Sequence record: PQ287642.1
DNA: 64,000 nucleotides
Reading direction: 5' to 3' (one strand)
The number at the start of each line of letters is the position of its first letter. The stretch's first letter is position 1. Positions 37,815 through 47,316 of the stretch are shown here, in pieces. The notes under the pieces were generated by a model. It did not search any database and was not told the origin of the DNA. It was given only the letters and a program-made list of their open reading frames with translations. A program made the position numbers and the translations under genes.

Positions 37815-38708
37815 TTATTGTACGCCAGCGCGTTCTTCGATCTTATTGATCTCGTATTCATACGCGGAGATACGACGCTCGTAAGCTTCGATCTGTTTTT
37901 GCAGAACAGGGCTGGTCGGTTCTTTAGCTAGAAGTGCACGTAGTTCTTCCAACCGAAGTTGAAGACCATAGTACTCTTCTTGTGCCACGTTATATCGCTC
38001 AGCCTGCATCTCTGCAATCAGCTTACCGATGATCAAGAAGGGATTCTGACGAGGAGAGAAACCAGCCATACCTAGAGGATCAGTTTTGGTAAGTCCAAGA
38101 TTCTGCTGTGCAACTTGGAAAGTCGATTCGTCAACTGTAGCATTAGAAGCAGCATTAAGCTTTTGCTTCAGTGCTTGAGGTTGAAGAGTCATCGCCGGAT
38201 ACAGTGCAGCGAACTGTTCCATGTTGGTATCGATCCAATCGGACTCAGCCGACGTCCATGCAGCGCGGGTAGCCTTCCCATGTAGGGCAGCTTCTTGGGC
38301 AACAAGGAACAGCAGATATTTACGACCAAATCGAATATAGAAAGCCAGACCTTCGATGAACTTGAGCATGTTAGCTCGATCGAATGTCAGGTTTGTATTA
38401 GTGAATTGGATCGAGAATAGACTACGGATTTCTTTACGAATAACTTCGAAGTTACCACGAATGTTATCGAGAGAACCCAGCATCAGATCGATAGCCGGCT
38501 GGTTAAAAGTAATACCACGACGAAGAACGTTTTCCATTCGTTTGGCGAGGTTAGACTTCAGCGGGATACCTTGGAAAGCTTCCCGAACATCAGAAACAAT
38601 CGGGGCAAGGGTATCGTCATATTCGGTCTGGAGTTGATCCAGAACGTTCAGCAGTTGACGGCGCTCCATTACAGGTGCAAGCTGCTGGACATAGTTAAGA
38701 ATACTCAT
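37815..38708 (-). CDS. Virion structural protein (phiKZ gp90-like position)
   Basis: Strong codon bias; synteny. Confidence 0.75.
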   Translation of the reverse strand: MSILNYVQQLAPVMERRQLLNVLDQLQTEYDDTLAPIVSDVREAFQGIPLKSNLAKRMENVLRRGITFNQPAIDLMLGSLDNIRGNFEVIRKEIRSLFSIQFTNTNLTFDRANMLKFIEGLAFYIRFGRKYLLFLVAQEAALHGKATRAAWTSAESDWIDTNMEQFAALYPAMTLQPQALKQKLNAASNATVDESTFQVAQQNLGLTKTDPLGMAGFSPRQNPFLIIGKLIAEMQAERYNVAQEEYYGLQLRLEELRALLAKEPTSPVLQKQIEAYERRISAYEYEINKIEERAGVQ

Positions 38709-38723
38709 TGGTCATGTCCTTGG

Positions 38724-39908
38724 TTAAATGTTGGTTTGCATCTGTTTGCTGAACATCTTAAAGATTTCAGTGATGTCTTGACCTTTAGATTTCTCAGCCA
38801 TCTTCACTTCATCGATGCGGAAGCTAGATGCAATATCCACACCACGGTGATAAATAGTAACACGTTGCCAACGTTCATCAACAACGATCAACATGAGTAG
38901 ATAGCTATTATCGAAGATCTTACGACGGGTATTCGGATCTTCTAGTTTACCGTAAAGAGCATTGGCAGTTGTTTTCATCGTGGTAGACGAAACGACAGCA
39001 ATGTTAGAAGCATCTGCCATAGAAACACGGCCAGTCTGAACAGACTTGCTCAGGTTATTACGACGACGATCAGTGATCTCTTTGTAAACGCCGGACTTAT
39101 CGGAAATCAGAGCTGCAAAGTGTGCATCAATCATATCCTGTCCAAGAACGAAGTCGCGCCAGAAACGAATCTGTCCAGTTTTAACCAGGAACAGACGATG
39201 GCTCCAAGTATCACGTCCGCCGGCACTAAAGATATGAGTAAGAGTCTGCGACGGAACTGCTGCCGGAATGAGACGGATGAGTACAGGCAGTTTAGCCTTA
39301 GCATCACCATCGGTAATTTCAACGTTCAGTAGTTTACCCACAGCGAGGTTTTCGGTTTCGTATACTTTCTGAGTATCACCCGAAGACATCCGTGGTGCAG
39401 CTTCTTTCTTTTCCCTATCACCCTTCTTACGATCATCGTCTTTTGATTGCTCATACGCTTCTTGAGAGTATTCAGCAATCAGTTCAGGACGGATCTTTTG
39501 GTTGAACGCTTCGAGGGACGGGAAACCGTTCATGTAATTTTCTTTCGAGAAGACAGCGCCACTAACATCAGCACCAATAGAACGGTACGGGTTCAGGCTA
39601 TCGAATACTTTGAGAGTATCGATTTTGCCTACACCAAGAACCATATTAACAGCTTGCAGATAATATCCGGCGAATTGGCTAAGTGCCATTTTAAGGATAT
39701 CTTGCATGTAAGGTTGGTCGACCAGAACGCTATCAATAATAGCAAGTGGTTCAACTCGACATGGGCGAGTCAAATCTGCAAGGGAGTTAATCTCCATGCT
39801 ATTTTTGGTCGCATTAAGGACTGTGGTCATAAGACCTTTAAAAGCTTGGCTACCGGCAGCAGCGCCTGCTGCGCCAGCCATAGCACTAGCTACGATTGGT
39901 AGTGGCAT
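38724..39908 (-). CDS. Virion structural protein (phiKZ gp89-like position)
   Basis: RPCRVEPLAIID...YYLQAV...LAVGKLLNVEI motifs; divergent from the baseplate genes as in phiKZ. Confidence 0.75.
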   Translation of the reverse strand: MPLPIVASAMAGAAGAAAGSQAFKGLMTTVLNATKNSMEINSLADLTRPCRVEPLAIIDSVLVDQPYMQDILKMALSQFAGYYLQAVNMVLGVGKIDTLKVFDSLNPYRSIGADVSGAVFSKENYMNGFPSLEAFNQKIRPELIAEYSQEAYEQSKDDDRKKGDREKKEAAPRMSSGDTQKVYETENLAVGKLLNVEITDGDAKAKLPVLIRLIPAAVPSQTLTHIFSAGGRDTWSHRLFLVKTGQIRFWRDFVLGQDMIDAHFAALISDKSGVYKEITDRRRNNLSKSVQTGRVSMADASNIAVVSSTTMKTTANALYGKLEDPNTRRKIFDNSYLLMLIVVDERWQRVTIYHRGVDIASSFRIDEVKMAEKSKGQDITEIFKMFSKQMQTNI

Positions 39909-39945
39909 CGTTCTCTTCCTTCATTTGTTCACAGAGATTTGAAAA

Positions 39946-40989
39946 ATGGCATTAAGTGATTATCTAACGCAAATTACACAAAACATTGGGATGTCGCCGC
40001 GTGATCGTTCCATTGAAGATTCATTCAAAGGCCTGAACATCACAGGTCGTAACAATGCGATTTCGTTAAATACAGAAAACCATGGTTATACTTTCTTTAC
40101 CCGTCCATTACTGAACCTGGCTGAAGATAACTGCATGGTGGACAGGCGACTGTCCATGATCCTGAATCCTAACCCACAGAGTATCGAGCGTATGGTTAGG
40201 GCATATTTGGATCCGAGAGCGCATAGTGCAGGTGGCACAGCATGGTGCGGTGGAGTAGATCCTCTTAACCCGTTTATCCCCCTTCTTAGTAACAACTTGA
40301 TTAGTCTTACTGGTTGGGAAGATTTTACTATTAATCTCGGTACCACAACACCCGGTGTTTACCGTGACGTAATGTCCTATGTGGACGACGTGCCATATCA
40401 GTACAACACCTACGATTTACAGGCGACATTCCGCAATATTGCTGGAGATCCTATAACATGGATGTTCAAGATCTGGCTAGTCTATATGGGACTTAATAGA
40501 GAAGGTCGTATCCTACCCTATCCCGATTTATTGATGCTTAATGAATACGATGCCAACACGCGTATCTATCGCCTGGTAATGGACTCCACTAAAACATTTG
40601 TAACCCGTATTGCAGCATGTGGTGCTGCTTTACCAATGAATGCTCCAACTGGTCAAATTATTAACTTTACTGGTGATGGAGCAGAGACACCGTTCCAAAC
40701 TGCAAGTGATCAACTCAACTTTAGTTTCCGTTGCATGGGAATGACAATTTACGATCATATCTTGATCTATGAGTTTAATGATCTTGTTGAAACATTTAAC
40801 CCGCTGATGCGAGATAACAACCGTGGGCGTTTGACACAAAAGTTACGACAGCATGAAAAGAAATGGTTTAACTTCCAGGCCTACCCGTACATTAATAGTG
40901 CGAATATGGAATTAGAATGGCACGTACCTAAGTCTATCTACGACCAAATGGCCGGCGGTAACCTAACACGCGGATACAATCCAAGTTGA
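39946..40989 (+). CDS. Tail/baseplate structural protein (phiKZ gp88-like; possible tube-initiator fold)
   Basis: HGYTFFTRPLLNL, PFIPLLSN motifs; synteny. Confidence 0.7.
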   Translation: MALSDYLTQITQNIGMSPRDRSIEDSFKGLNITGRNNAISLNTENHGYTFFTRPLLNLAEDNCMVDRRLSMILNPNPQSIERMVRAYLDPRAHSAGGTAWCGGVDPLNPFIPLLSNNLISLTGWEDFTINLGTTTPGVYRDVMSYVDDVPYQYNTYDLQATFRNIAGDPITWMFKIWLVYMGLNREGRILPYPDLLMLNEYDANTRIYRLVMDSTKTFVTRIAACGAALPMNAPTGQIINFTGDGAETPFQTASDQLNFSFRCMGMTIYDHILIYEFNDLVETFNPLMRDNNRGRLTQKLRQHEKKWFNFQAYPYINSANMELEWHVPKSIYDQMAGGNLTRGYNPS

Positions 40990-40999
40990 GGAAATTTTA

Positions 41000-43915
41000 A
41001 TGAGTCAGTTTAAAGAAAGGATGTATAGTGCTCGACGTAATCCAGCGTTGATGCAAACCATCGCTCTTAATGAACTGGATACACAAATGAACGGCTCTAG
41101 TAATGGAGCCGTCATTGCTGATATTCCAGATGCGTCTATCCCTTTTGTATTCTCGCTTGAGATCGGTTCCATGGAAACCGCGATGGCAATTGGTGAAATG
41201 GAGGCATTGGGACGTCAGCTGTATCCACGTCTTTCGCTGGGTAGTGAAGAGCTCTATAAACACATGTCAGATGATGACTATATTGGACGCTTTGCTTCTC
41301 CCGCTAGAACAACCTTCAATTTCTTGATTGCCTACGATGAAGTTATTGCTAAAGCAGTGGCCGTCGGAGATACAGGTATCAAGAAACTAGTTATACCGCG
41401 CTTAACGGAATTTGATGCAGCTGGTATTAAATTCACGATGCAGTACCCAATTGAAATTCGGGTTATGCGTCACGGTGGTATTACTATCGAATATGTTCTC
41501 GATAAAAAGTCACCTGTGGAAACCCTATCGACGAATATTGTACCATGGTCTATGCTCGTCATTGATCGACGTAAGGTTATTTCTCTTAGTATCCCGGTCT
41601 ATCAGTTCGCAGTAAAGACACATACCGAATCTCTTAACCCATCTAGTCTCTTCCAAGAGTCGTATACATTCACCGATCAGTTCTTCTATGCGCGGGCGTA
41701 CATCAGCCGTACTGAAGATGATAATTGGGTGGAACTTAAAACGACTCACTCGGCTTTGGTCTATGACCCAATGGAACTGACCGTTGTGTTTAAAGTTATT
41801 GGTAATAAACTCCAAGTGAGTATTCCAACTATCTATACAAACACACGAATGGCACAGGGTGATATCCGTATCGATATCTATACTACCCAAGGAAAGATGG
41901 ATCGTGACCTAGGTGCTTATAAAGCAAACCAGTTTAAGTTCTATCTGAACTCTATTGATGACGATAGCTCGTATGTGTCTCCATTGACAACGTTTAACCT
42001 CATTCAATCTCTGGCCCGTGGTCGAGTAGAAGGAGGTGCGAATTCGGTTGATTTTAACGTACTCCGTAATCAGGTTATTAATAATACACTCGGTGCAAAC
42101 CAAGTACCTATTACTAACGTTCAAATTACTGACGCTGTTAATCGGCGTGGTTATACACTCGTATCCAATATCGATAACATTACGAATAGACAGTTCCTCG
42201 CTTCAAGGCGTCTAGGAGCTCCGAGGTCGCTTGATGTTATTTCTGGTGCTGGTGTAGCCATGTCGCAACTTAAAGTCGATATGGAGTCTTTGGCGGGCTC
42301 TATACATGTAGCGGACAATGGTGATCGATTAACGATCAAACCTAGTATGCTCTACACGTTCAATAATGGTCGTGTTAACACCGTTGCTGATGCTGAGATT
42401 GCTCGTCTAAAAGGCAGCACCGCCGAACAGATTGCACGTGAGGTGAACAATGGCCGTTACGTGTATTCTCCGTTCCATAACGTACTAGATGCGTCGCGTG
42501 AGAATTTTGAGGTTCGTCCCTACTATTTAGACAATCCAACAATCACCGAAAAGATTTTTGTTGGTGAGAACGACACAGCTAATTTACAAGCTGCTATCGA
42601 TGTCTTTGATATAGTTAAAACGGATGAAGGTTATCGAATTACAGTTCGTTTAGAATCTGGTGAGCAGTTCAAGAAACTAGCTGATGAACAAGTTGTACTT
42701 CAAATTGGCTATCAGCCAGCTGGTGAAGTACGTTGGGCTTCTGTTAATGGTAAGTTCATTGGTATCGAAGACGGTGAGCGCGTATTTACTTTTGATATCA
42801 AAACTAACCATGACATCAATTCCAAGAACGAGCTCTACACGACTAACATGTCGATGTTCTCCGAGGTGCAAAACAATTTCGCGAGTACTCTAAATAATAT
42901 GTTTGATATCACTATTCTTGTTGTTAATACGAGTACACCTGGTTATCAACCTAACCAGATCGATGAAATGGTTCAAGCCCACCTATTGCCACAACAATTC
43001 ATGGTTGTCAACCGTGAACGTCTAGTTACAACACTTGGTTATGACATGACCAAAATGTGGCGACGTAGTCGTACTGTACTTGGTGATGAGTCTTATCAGC
43101 ACTGGGAACATGATGTAATGTGGTTCTATGAGGAAAACGAATATAAACGCGATGAAGCAGGTAACATCATTGTAACGATTAAACCTGATGGTACTCTCGA
43201 TTATGAGATACTTCATCGTAAAGGTGATCCGGTATTGGATGCACAAGGTAATCAGGTTCGCAAGCACCAGAAAGGCGATGTAATGTTAGACTCAAACGGT
43301 AAACCTATTTTGGTTGCACCGCGTAAGCGTCTACGTGAAATTACTTTAATGATGGTTGATGGACTATTCTACTTTGCCAATGAAAAATCGGCACTTGACT
43401 ACAAAGTCGAAATTCCGATGGAATTCGTTACATGGCTTGAGAATGACATCAGTATCCTCGATGCACAGCTACTTGAAATGTGTGAGATGTATCTCTATCC
43501 GACTACCACTTATGGTGATACTACCGTTACCGTACGTGAAGGTCAGAAAGCTACCATCTCCGTCGATCAAGCATTCACTCTTAGTTTCTATCTGAAACCA
43601 GCTGAATATACCAATACTACAATTCGACCTAGCCTTATGGCTAACGGTAAGTCTGTACTTAATGAATACATCAGTCGTAAGACTGTATCGATGTCTGATA
43701 CAGTTGCTCAACTTGAAGCGACGTCTGGTGACGGGGTACAGGCACTTGAGGTATTCGGTTTGGGTGGGACTAATAACTACGCCATTCTTACAGTTGAAGA
43801 TGATGCTGTTCGCCTCGCGATTCGTAAGAAGCTTGTTGTTCTTGCTAACCAAGAGTTAACTGTAGAAGACGACGTTCAATTCAACTTCCTTAAACACGAA
43901 GTACTGAATAACTAA
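41000..43915 (+). CDS. Large baseplate wedge-like protein (phiKZ gp87-like)
   Basis: 971 aa; YKHMSDDDY, NIDNITNRQFLA motifs; synteny. Confidence 0.75.
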   Translation: MSQFKERMYSARRNPALMQTIALNELDTQMNGSSNGAVIADIPDASIPFVFSLEIGSMETAMAIGEMEALGRQLYPRLSLGSEELYKHMSDDDYIGRFASPARTTFNFLIAYDEVIAKAVAVGDTGIKKLVIPRLTEFDAAGIKFTMQYPIEIRVMRHGGITIEYVLDKKSPVETLSTNIVPWSMLVIDRRKVISLSIPVYQFAVKTHTESLNPSSLFQESYTFTDQFFYARAYISRTEDDNWVELKTTHSALVYDPMELTVVFKVIGNKLQVSIPTIYTNTRMAQGDIRIDIYTTQGKMDRDLGAYKANQFKFYLNSIDDDSSYVSPLTTFNLIQSLARGRVEGGANSVDFNVLRNQVINNTLGANQVPITNVQITDAVNRRGYTLVSNIDNITNRQFLASRRLGAPRSLDVISGAGVAMSQLKVDMESLAGSIHVADNGDRLTIKPSMLYTFNNGRVNTVADAEIARLKGSTAEQIAREVNNGRYVYSPFHNVLDASRENFEVRPYYLDNPTITEKIFVGENDTANLQAAIDVFDIVKTDEGYRITVRLESGEQFKKLADEQVVLQIGYQPAGEVRWASVNGKFIGIEDGERVFTFDIKTNHDINSKNELYTTNMSMFSEVQNNFASTLNNMFDITILVVNTSTPGYQPNQIDEMVQAHLLPQQFMVVNRERLVTTLGYDMTKMWRRSRTVLGDESYQHWEHDVMWFYEENEYKRDEAGNIIVTIKPDGTLDYEILHRKGDPVLDAQGNQVRKHQKGDVMLDSNGKPILVAPRKRLREITLMMVDGLFYFANEKSALDYKVEIPMEFVTWLENDISILDAQLLEMCEMYLYPTTTYGDTTVTVREGQKATISVDQAFTLSFYLKPAEYTNTTIRPSLMANGKSVLNEYISRKTVSMSDTVAQLEATSGDGVQALEVFGLGGTNNYAILTVEDDAVRLAIRKKLVVLANQELTVEDDVQFNFLKHEVLNN

Positions 43916-43954
43916 ACGACATAAAGCCCGGCTCAATGCCGGGCAATATGTTGT
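43916..43954. terminator. Bidirectional hairpin ACGACATA-AA-GCCCGGC-TCAAT-GCCGGGC-AA-TATGTTGT
   Basis: Between convergent genes. Confidence 0.85.
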
Positions 43955-45192
43955 CAAATACCAAGCTCACGTTTGATATCTTCAAAACGCTTAATCAGTT
44001 TATCCCAGGCGGCATTAGCTACGTCACTTGCGACATGAGCATAGAAATCCTCACGAACGATGTCGTGCGCCTTGATGAAGAAGTTGGCATATGTTGCACC
44101 AGCTTTGTACTGATAAAGAGGAATACGGCTGAATACCTTAACCATGTCATTCAGTGCTTCAATACCAGCGTTAACGTTGGCAATAACAGCCTGAAGTTTA
44201 GGAAGTGGTACAACAGATTCTTCTAGATCAAATCGATTCACTTTACGCAGTTCGTCTGCACATTTACCATAGAGCTCATAGATGAACTTATATGTAATTG
44301 GCTCACGCTTTAACATGCGTTTAGTATCTTCAAAGAAACGAATACCAACTCGTTTGTGTTTGATATAGAAGTTAGGATCGTCAGACTGACTATCCATGTT
44401 CTTCAGCGTTTCTGCTAGAGACTGTAGCCGTGGTCCAATATGAGATTCAAAGCCAAGTTCTAAACGAGAGCGGTCCATTACTTGACGAAGCTGTCGAATT
44501 TGCTCCAGCAGTTGTGCACCAAATTTTTGTGCTTCTTGTTGGATATTTCGGATTCGACGAAGATCATCATCTACACCAAAAGCCAACAGGCCGATATCGG
44601 AGCGGGGTAGCTTAGGATCAAGTAGAACCACTTCGGCAGCTTCGTAATACTTACGATCAAGATTACGATTACCCAAACGGTTCAAAGCTTGCATCTCTTT
44701 CCAGTTGGATTCTAATTTAACGATTTTTTCGTTAATAGAAACGATCCTACCTTGGATTACTTCGTCATTCATCTCAACTGACTTAACCCAACGGATTGTC
44801 TTTACAATAAAGTCAACCAGTACATGGAACCATTCTTTAATGGTAGCCATAATAGCCGAACCAATAGCTTCATTAGAAACCTTTAGATTCAAGCTAGTAC
44901 GTGTGGGAGTGAATAGAGCGTTATAGTTTTCCAGAGATGGTAGTACTGGCACATTCAAACCAATAGCTTCCATGGAACTATGGATACCACGAAGAGCTGT
45001 GATATCATGCGAACTAACACCTTCGGCACGGATAGTAGAACGTAGATCGTCTAGCGTGCTAATATGCTCCAATGCAGCATGTAGCTTTTCTTGCAGATTT
45101 GGATCGAGCTGAACTCCACGGACGGGAGCTGCTTCAAGCTCTTCACCTAACTGTCGTTGTCCTTCAATAAGAACGTCATCGTGTTCATGCAT
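43954..45192 (-). CDS. Processed head protein (SLE/SNE sites; start revised to MHEHDD)
   Basis: VSNEAIGSAIMATIKEWF pattern like the inner-body paralogs. Confidence 0.7.
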   Translation of the reverse strand: MHEHDDVLIEGQRQLGEELEAAPVRGVQLDPNLQEKLHAALEHISTLDDLRSTIRAEGVSSHDITALRGIHSSMEAIGLNVPVLPSLENYNALFTPTRTSLNLKVSNEAIGSAIMATIKEWFHVLVDFIVKTIRWVKSVEMNDEVIQGRIVSINEKIVKLESNWKEMQALNRLGNRNLDRKYYEAAEVVLLDPKLPRSDIGLLAFGVDDDLRRIRNIQQEAQKFGAQLLEQIRQLRQVMDRSRLELGFESHIGPRLQSLAETLKNMDSQSDDPNFYIKHKRVGIRFFEDTKRMLKREPITYKFIYELYGKCADELRKVNRFDLEESVVPLPKLQAVIANVNAGIEALNDMVKVFSRIPLYQYKAGATYANFFIKAHDIVREDFYAHVASDVANAAWDKLIKRFEDIKRELGI

Positions 45193-45487
45193 TTTCATTA
45201 CCTTTAGAATGCTCGTAAAGCTTGTCACGTAAGAGGTACAATTCTAAACGAATAATTTCTTCAATTGCTTTTCGCCTGGCTACTACAACTCCACGCTTAG
45301 AATCGAATGCTGCTTTATTCGCTACAATTGCATCGGTGACAATCCGATGGCCATTACGTAATTTAGTAATGCAGACTGTCACCAACATTTCAGGGTCAGA
45401 GATGATCTTCTCTTTTACGATTAATGACTTTGCGTATGCTTTTGTAATACGCGGGTGAACTAAGTCATCATGGGTATGGTCGATCAT
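45185..45487 (-). CDS. Phage gp49/gp66-family protein
   Basis: TVCITKLRNGHRIV...FDSKRGVVVARRKAIEEIIRLELYLL matches the recalled family pattern. Confidence 0.7.
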   Translation of the reverse strand: MIDHTHDDLVHPRITKAYAKSLIVKEKIISDPEMLVTVCITKLRNGHRIVTDAIVANKAAFDSKRGVVVARRKAIEEIIRLELYLLRDKLYEHSKGNENA

Positions 45488-45504
45488 GACGACCCCTCCC
45501 TGAA

Positions 45505-45945
45505 TTAGCCTTCTACTTCAAGCTGGCGCAGAACACTGGCTATAGCATTTTGACTCTTAGCGAAATCAAAACGACTGGCAAGCATGTTAGCGGTAGCGGT
45601 TTCATCGATTGTCTGATAATCTTCTGCTGTAACGGATTTCATTGCAGCTTCAATGATAGCTGGGTCGCTAACACAGTTAATCAGTTCCAATCGGATACGG
45701 ATGACTTGTTTAAAGAGTTCACGAGTCAGATTCAGGTCGAGAGCAATATTCTCGTTAACCTGACCAGCTACCTTCTTCAACATAGGCATGTGTGCATCAA
45801 TCAACTCTTCACAAGAAAGAGATGGATCAAGCTGGACAAAGAAACCAACAGCGTTAGCTACAAACATGGCGCGAGCTTGACGATCATTGTTGGTCGGGGA
45901 TTTAATTTCTTTCAGGATACGGGCAATTTCAAAACCAGTACGCAT
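45505..45945 (-). CDS. Hypothetical protein
   Basis: AAGGT SD; operon member. Confidence 0.75.
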   Translation of the reverse strand: MRTGFEIARILKEIKSPTNNDRQARAMFVANAVGFFVQLDPSLSCEELIDAHMPMLKKVAGQVNENIALDLNLTRELFKQVIRIRLELINCVSDPAIIEAAMKSVTAEDYQTIDETATANMLASRFDFAKSQNAIASVLRQLEVEG

Positions 45946-45960
45946 TTCGGTCTACCTTGT

Positions 45961-47208
45961 TTATTGAGTTAAGCGGAAAGCTTGTAAGAACAAATCATTG
46001 TTCAGCAATGTCTCAAGATTCTCTTCAGTTCGTTTATACTGAGTTTCTTTACGACGAGCTGGACGGAAGAATTCTAGGACGGTATCGAACAAATTACGGT
46101 TATTAGAAAAGTCTCGAATAATGTCATCGATAGCTTTAACATCATCACTCATCGAAGCTTTATCTTTAACTGTATCAGTTCTACGTAGTTGAGCAATAAG
46201 ATCTCGACGGACTTTCATGATTCGTTCACGTGGGTCATCGTAACGTGCAGAGAAATTGAATTCATCTACTTCGCTATTTGTAAGAATAACCAACATGACT
46301 AATGGTGAGAACCAAAGCATGGCCAAGGCATGGATAATCAACATGATGTACCCAGACTCTTGGTACTCCATTCCGTAGTATTTATCGAACTTATGGAGGC
46401 ATGTCGCTAGATCACGACCATAACCCAAACGAGAGGCAAACATATCTGCCATCTGTTCTTCACGTCGCATTGCTGTAACGGGGTTATTCATCAAATGGTG
46501 TCGTGGTGCCTTTTTATAAGCGGATAGAATAGCACGGCGAACGTTACCGATATCAGAGCGGTCATTAATGTAGGCCTGGTATTCTTCTTCTTTAAGGTTT
46601 TCCTTCAACCATTTATCGGTGAGAACCTCAAGCTTGAATACGTTGTTTTTCTTACCTTGTAGAATTTCAATTCCATCGGTAAGATAATAGTTAAGCCATA
46701 CGTAGTCGCCCATGTACATAAAGACGTTAAAGGTGTGTCCTATTTCGTGAACAAGAGCAGCAGTTACTTCACGAATGGTGAAACCTAGTTTCTCACTAAT
46801 GAACCCAAGAGAGATATACATCTTAAATTTCAGTTCATCTGCGAGACCACCTTTAACACGAACGTTCTTAACATCGATAATGGTTTCAAGTTTCCGCGGA
46901 TCGTTATAGCTGTTCTCTGCTCGAAGCCGCTTATGTGCATTATACCAAGTACCGCTATGACCCAACGCCATCATTTCTAGGCTAACGCCGGCGTCTAATC
47001 CGGAGTCACCACTGACAGTAAACTCGTAATTAATACCGGTTTCAACTTTTAATTCTTTTGCAAAATCAGTAAACAAACTAACGGGAATGATCTTGTCCTT
47101 TTTATACGCTTCTCTGATAAGAGTAACGTATTTTTCAGTGATCGGTCCAATGTTGGATTTAGCTCCAACTGCTAGCATCTCTTGAGAGATAGTGTATCGG
47201 TTATACAT
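45961..47208 (-). CDS. Putative zinc metallopeptidase (HEXXH)
   Basis: AALVHEIGHTF plus downstream EEQMADMFASRLGYG, an M48-like third-ligand motif. Confidence 0.65.
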   Translation of the reverse strand: MYNRYTISQEMLAVGAKSNIGPITEKYVTLIREAYKKDKIIPVSLFTDFAKELKVETGINYEFTVSGDSGLDAGVSLEMMALGHSGTWYNAHKRLRAENSYNDPRKLETIIDVKNVRVKGGLADELKFKMYISLGFISEKLGFTIREVTAALVHEIGHTFNVFMYMGDYVWLNYYLTDGIEILQGKKNNVFKLEVLTDKWLKENLKEEEYQAYINDRSDIGNVRRAILSAYKKAPRHHLMNNPVTAMRREEQMADMFASRLGYGRDLATCLHKFDKYYGMEYQESGYIMLIIHALAMLWFSPLVMLVILTNSEVDEFNFSARYDDPRERIMKVRRDLIAQLRRTDTVKDKASMSDDVKAIDDIIRDFSNNRNLFDTVLEFFRPARRKETQYKRTEENLETLLNNDLFLQAFRLTQ

Positions 47209-47316
47209 GAGAGTGGCCTACTCGTCAGTTTTATTAATCATAAAGTAAAGCTCGAATGAGAGATTACTCTGGTGATTAATACTACGTGATTTAAGTTTTA
47301 AAAAGGAAGCTCAAAA

